A stretch of 64,000 bases of DNA, taken from the NCBI RefSeq assembly GCF_009914755.1, contig NC_060925.1; one strand, given 5' to 3'. Made by a program: the position numbers and the translations under genes. Shown piece by piece: positions 58,101-64,000 of the stretch. The notes beneath the pieces are model-generated. The model was not told the DNA's origin and did not search any database. It was given only the letters and a program-made list of their open reading frames with translations. This DNA comes from the human T2T-CHM13v2.0 reference genome, Homo sapiens. Every line of letters starts with the position of its first letter. Positions within the stretch are counted from its first letter, which is position 1.

Positions 58101-61100
58101 TCATTGAATGGAAATGAAAGGGGTCATCATCTAATGGAATCGCATGGAATCATCATCAAATGGAATCGAATGGAATCATCATCAAATGGAATCTAATGGA
58201 ATCATTGAACAGAATTGAATGGAATCGTCATCGAATGAATTGAATGCAATCATCGAATGGTCTCGAATGGAATCATCTTCTAATGGAAAGGAATGGAATC
58301 ATCGCATAGAATCGAATGGAATTACCATCGAATGGAATCGAATGGTATCAACACCAAACGGAAAAAAACGGAATTATCGAATGGAATCGAAGAGAATCTT
58401 CGAATGGACCCGAATGGAATCATCTAATGGAATGGAACGGAATAATCCATGGACTCGAATGCAATCATCATCGAATGGAATCGAATGGAATCATCGAATG
58501 GACTCGAATGGAATAATCATTGAACGGAATCGAATGGAATCATCATCGGATGGAAACGAATGGAATCATCATCGAATGGAAATGAAAGGAGTCATCATCT
58601 AATGGAATTGCATGGAATCATCATAAAATGTAATCGAATGGAATCAACATCAAATGTAATCAAATGGAATAATTGAACGGAATTGAATGGAATCGTCATC
58701 GAATGAATTGAATGCAATCATCGAATGGTCTAGAATGGAATCATCTTCAAATGGAATGGAATGGAATCACCGTATAGTATCGAATGGAAGTATCATCGAA
58801 TGGAATCGAATGGAATCAACATCAAACGGAAAAAAACGGAATTATCGAATGGAATCGAAGAGAATCATCGAATGGACCCGAATGGAATCATCTAATGGAA
58901 TGGAATGGAATAATCCATGGACTCGAATGCAATCATCATCGAATGGAATCGAATGGAATCATCGAATGGACTCGAATGGAATAATCATTGAACGGAATCG
59001 AATGGAATCATCATCGGATGGAAATGAATGGAATCATCATCGAATGGAATCGAATAGAATTATGGAATGAAATCCAGTGTGATCATCATCGAATGGACCC
59101 GAATGGAATCATCATCCAACGGAAGCTAATGGAATCAACATCGAATGAATCGAATGGAAACACCATCGAATTGAAACTAATGGAATTATCATGAAATTGA
59201 AATGGATGGACTCATCATCGAATGGATTCGAATGGAATCATCGAATAAAATTGATTGAAATCATCATCCAATGGAATCGAATGGTATCATTGAATGGAAT
59301 CGAATGGAATCATCATCAGATGGAAATGAATGGAATCGTCATAGAATGGAATCGAATGGATTCATTGAATGGAATCAGATGGAATCATCAAATGGACTGG
59401 AATGGAATCATTGAATGGACTCGAAAGGGATCATTATTGAATGGAATTGAATGGAATCATCGAATGGTCTCGATTGGAATCATTATCAAATGGAATCGAA
59501 TGGAATCACGGAATAGAATCGAATGGAACAATCATCGAATGGACTCAAATGGAATTATCCTCAAATGGAATCGAATGGAATTATCGAATGCAATCGAATG
59601 GAATTATCGAATGCAATCGAATAGAATCATCGGATGGACTCGAATGGAATCATCGAATGGAATGGAATGGAACAGTCAATGAACTCGAATGGAATCATCA
59701 TTGAATGGAATCGAATGGAATCATCGAGTGGAATCGAATGGAATTATGATCAAATGGAATCGAATGTAATCATCATCAAATGGAATCAAAAATAACCATC
59801 ATCAATTGGTATTGAATGGAATTGTCATCAAATGGAATTCAAAGGAATCATCATCAAATGGAACCGAATGGAATCCTCATTGAATGGAAATGAAAGGGGT
59901 CATCATCTAATGGAATCGCATGGAATCATCATCAAATGGAATCGAATGGAATCATCATCAAATGGAATCTAATGGAATCATTGAACAGAATTGAATGGAA
60001 TCGTCATCGAATGAATTGAATGCAATCATCGAATGGTCTCGAATGGAATCATCTTCTAATGGAAAGGAATGGAATCATCGCATAGAATCGAATGGAATTA
60101 ACATTGAATGGACTCGAATGGAATCAACATCAAATGGAATCAAGCGGAATTATCGAATGAAATCGAAGAGAATCATCGAATGGACTCGAATGGAATCATC
60201 TAATGGAATGGAATGGAATAATCCACGGACTCGAATGCAATCATCATCGTATAGAATCGAATGGAATCATCGAATGGACTCGAATGGAATAACCATTGAA
60301 CGGAATCGAATGGAATCATCATCGGATGGAAACGAATGGAATCATCATCGAATGGAAATGTAAGGAGTCATCATCTAATGGAATTGCATGGAATCATCAT
60401 AAAATAGAATCGAATGGAATCATCATCAAATGGAATCAAATGGAATCATTGAACGGAATTGAATGGAATCGTCATCGAATGAATTGAATGCAATCATCGA
60501 ATGGTCTCGAATGGAATCATCTTCAAATGGAATGGAATGGAATCATCGCATAGAATCGAATGGAATTATCATCGAATGGAATCGAATGGTATCAACATCA
60601 AACGGAAAAAAACGGAATTATCGAATGGAATCGAAGAGAATCTTCGAACGGACCCGAATGGAATCATCTAATGGAATGGAATGGAATAATCCATGGACTC
60701 GAATGCAATCATCATCGAATGGAATCGAATGGAATCATCGAATGGACTCGAATCGAATAATCATTGAACGGAATCGAATGGAATCATCATCGGATGGAAA
60801 CGAATGGAATCATCATCGAATGGAAATGAAAGGAGTCATCATCTAATGGAATTGCATGGAATCATCATAAAATGGAATCGAATGGAATCAACATCAAATG
60901 GAATCAAATGGAATAATTGAACGGAATTGAATGGAATCGTCATCGAATGAATTGAATGCAATCATCGAATGGTCTAGAATGGAATCATCTTCAAATGGAA
61001 TGGAATGGAATCACCGCATAGAATCGAATGGAAGTATCATCGAATGGAATCGAATGGAATCAACATCAAACGGAAAAAAACGGAATTATCGAATGGAATC

Positions 61101-64000
61101 GAAGAGAATCATCAAATGGACCCGAATGGAATCATCTAATGGAATGGAATGGAATAATCCATGGACTCGAATGCAATCATCATCGAATGGAATCGAATGG
61201 AATCATCGAATGGACTCGAATGGAATAATCATTGAACGGAATCGAATGGAATCATCATCGGATGGAAATGAATGGAATCATCATCGAATGGAATCGAATA
61301 GAATTATGGAATGAAATCCAGTGTGATCATCATCGAATGGACCCGAATGGAATCATCATCCAACGGAAGCTAATGGAATCAACATCGAATGAATCGAATG
61401 GAAACACCATCGAATTGAAACGAATGGAATTATCATGAAATTGAAATGGATGGACTCATCATCGAATGGATTCGAATGGAATCATCGAATAAAATTGATT
61501 GAAATCATCATCGAATGGAATCGAATGGTATCATTGAATGGAATCGAATGGAATCATCATCAGATGGAAATGAATGGAATCGTCATAGAATGGAATCGAA
61601 TGGATTCATTGAATAGAATCAGATGGAATCATCGAATGGACTGGAATGGAATCATTGAATGGACTCGAAAGGGATCATTATTGAATGGAATTGAATGGAA
61701 TCATGGAATGGTCTCGATTGGAATCATTATCAAATGGAATCGAATGGAATCACCGAATAGAATCGAATGGAACAATCATCGAATGGACTCAAATGGAATT
61801 ATCCTCAAATGGAATCGAATGGAATTATCGAATGCAATCGAATGGAATTATCGAATGCAATTGAATAGAATCATCAAATGGACTCGAATGGAATCATCGA
61901 ATGGAATGGAATGGAACAGTAAATGAACTCGAATGGAATCATCATTGAATGGAATCGAATGGAATCATCGAGTGGAATCGAATGGAATTATGATCAAATG
62001 GAATCGAATGTAATCATCATCAAATGGAATCAAAAGTAACCATCATCAATTCGTTTTGAATGGAATTGTCATCAAATGGAATTCAAAGGAATCATCATCA
62101 AATGGAACCGAATGGAATCCTCATTGAATGGAAATGAAAGGGGTCATCATCTAATGGAATCGCATGGAATCATCATCAAATGGAATCGAATGGAATCATC
62201 ATCAAATGGAATCTAATGGAATCATTGAACAGAATTGAATGGAATCGTCATCGAATGAATTGAATGCAATCATCGAATGGTCTCGAATGGAATCATCTTC
62301 TAATGGAAAGGAATGGAATCATCGCATAGAATCGAATGGAATTATCATCGAATGGAATCGAATGGTATCAACACCAAACGGAAAAAAACGGAATGATCGA
62401 ATGGAATCGAAGAGAATCTTCGAACGGACCCGAATGGAATCATCTAATGGAATGGAATGGAATAATCCATGGACTCGAATGCAATCATCATCGAATGGAA
62501 TCGAATGGAATCATCGAATGGACTCGAATGGAATAATCATTGAACGGAATCGAATGGAATCATCATCAGATGGAAACGAATGGAATCATCATCGAATGGA
62601 AATGAAAGGAGTCATCATCTAATGGAATTGCATGGAATCATCATAAAATGGAATCGAATGGAATCAACATCAAATGGAATCAAATGGAATCATTGAACGG
62701 AATTGAATGGAATCGTCATCGAATGAATTGACTGCAATCATCGAATGGTCTCGAATGGAATCATCTTCAAATGGAATGGAATGGAATCATCGCATAGAAT
62801 CGAATGGAATTATCATCGAATGGAATCGAATGGAATCAACATCAAACGGAAAAAAACGGAATTATCGTATGGAATCGAAGAGAATCATCGAATGGACCCG
62901 AATGGAATCATCTAATGGAATGGAATGGAATAATCCATGGACTCGAATGCAATCATCATCGAATGGAATCGAATGGAATCATCGAATGGACTCGAATGGA
63001 ATAATCATTGAACGGAATCGAATGGAATCATCATCGGATGGAAATGAATGGAATCATCATCGAATGGAATCGAATAGAATTATGGAATGAAATCCAGTGT
63101 GATCATCATCGAATGGACCCGAATGGAATCATCATCCAACGGAAGCTAATGGAATCAACATCGAATGAATCGAATGGAAACACCATCGAATTGAAACGAA
63201 TGGAATTATCATGAAATTGAAATGGATGGACTCATCATCGAATGGATTCGAATGGAATCATCGAATAAAATTGATTGAAATCATCATCCAATGGAATCGA
63301 ATGGTATCATTGAATGGAATCGAATGGAATCATCATCAGATGGAAATGAATGGAATCGTCATAGAATGGAATCGAATGGATTCATTGAATGGAATCAGAT
63401 GGAATCATCGAATGGACTGGAATGGAATCATTGAATGGACTCGAAAGGGATCATTATTGAATGGAATTGAATGGAATCATCGAATGGTCTCGATTGGAAT
63501 CATTATCAAATGGAATCGAATGGAATCACCGAACAGAATCGAATGGAACAATCATCGAATGGACTCAAATGGAATTATCCTCAAATGGAATCGAATGGAA
63601 TTATCGAATGCAATCGAATGGAATTATCGAATGCAATCGAATGGAATTATCGAATGCAATCGAATAGAATCATCGAATGGACTCGAATGGAATCATCGAA
63701 TGGAATGGAATGGAACAGTCAATGAACTCGAATGGAATCATCATTGAATGGAATCGAATGGAATCATCGAGTGGAATCGAATGGAAATATGATCAAATGG
63801 AATCGAATATAATCATCATCAAATGGAATCAAAAATAACCATCATCAATTGGTATTGAATGGAATTCTCATCAAATGGAATTCAAAGGAATCATCATCAA
63901 ATGGAACTGAATGGAATCCTCATTGAATGGAAATGAAAGGGGTCATCATCTAATGGAATCGCATGGAATCATCATCAAATGGAATCGAATGGAATCATCA

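Larger units (their letters stand above)
1..64000. repeat. Human Satellite II (HSat2/HSATII) pericentromeric tandem array, probably the HSat2A2 1.77-kb family (chr1q12-type); GAATG on the + strand throughout
   Basis: Every line consists of GAATG-derived 23/26-bp subunits with CATCATCGA motifs and dense TCGA, which is the HSat2 signature (HSat3 would be mostly pure GGAAT runs). A once-per-unit landmark (ATGAAATTGAAATGGATGGACTC) occurs 31 times with a modal spacing of 1776 bp. The family call is secure; subfamily and chromosome are inferred from the period and the EcoRI site. Confidence 0.97.
39561..64000. repeat. Homogeneous HSat2 domain dominated by 1776-bp units
   Basis: Landmark spacings from 39561 to 63211 are 1773, 1825, 1776, 1776, 1825, 1776, 1776, 1776, 1775, 1776, 1776, 2244 and 1776 bp. 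Confidence 0.87.

Noticed and set aside
15-63747. Hundreds of + strand ORFs (MESSSNE..., MKLKWMD... 163 aa, MELSSNG...)
   Set aside because: They are translations of GAATG repeats giving low-complexity W/N/G/M/E/S/I/H/R peptides. They overlap in several frames, are freely broken by stops and frameshifts between copies, and show no recognisable domain. I used them only as positional anchors.
1-64000. CRISPR-like or other repeat-spacer defence array
   Set aside because: There are no unique spacers, no leader and no cas or other genes; the sequence between repeats is itself repeat.
1-64000. HSat3 or telomeric/simple pentamer repeat
   Set aside because: Pure GGAAT runs are at most about three copies, while CATCATCGA-containing 23/26-bp subunits dominate, which is HSat2.
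1-64000. Inversion breakpoint or Alu/L1/ERV insertion
   Set aside because: I saw no CATTC-oriented tract, poly(A) tail or non-satellite sequence on reading the whole window.

Overview
The whole 64 kb window is one uninterrupted, single-orientation tandem satellite array of diverged (GAATG/CATTC)n sequence built from ~23-26 bp subunits such as ATCATCGAATGGAATCGAATGGA. This is human (or great-ape) Satellite II (HSat2/HSATII). The 1776-bp period with one EcoRI site per unit points to the HSat2A2 1.77-kb family known from chr1q12. I see no real genes, RNA genes, transposon insertions, inversions or CRISPR arrays, and the ORF track is a translation artefact of the repeat. The structure is the informative part. 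Every unit is an ~840-bp core plus n copies of a 468-bp module (unit length about 840+468n, n=1-6). The left ~36 kb is a heterogeneous domain with mostly n>=3 and many indels, while the right ~25 kb is a homogeneous 1776-bp (n=2) domain with a different first-module haplotype. Shared diagnostic variants reveal larger duplications (10,730-bp and 5,377-bp offsets), chimeric modules and microhomology-bounded indels. I found no evidence of a new protein-coding or defence system; the findings concern satellite architecture and evolution. Breakpoints are approximate because they were read by eye, with the ORF track used as positional anchors.
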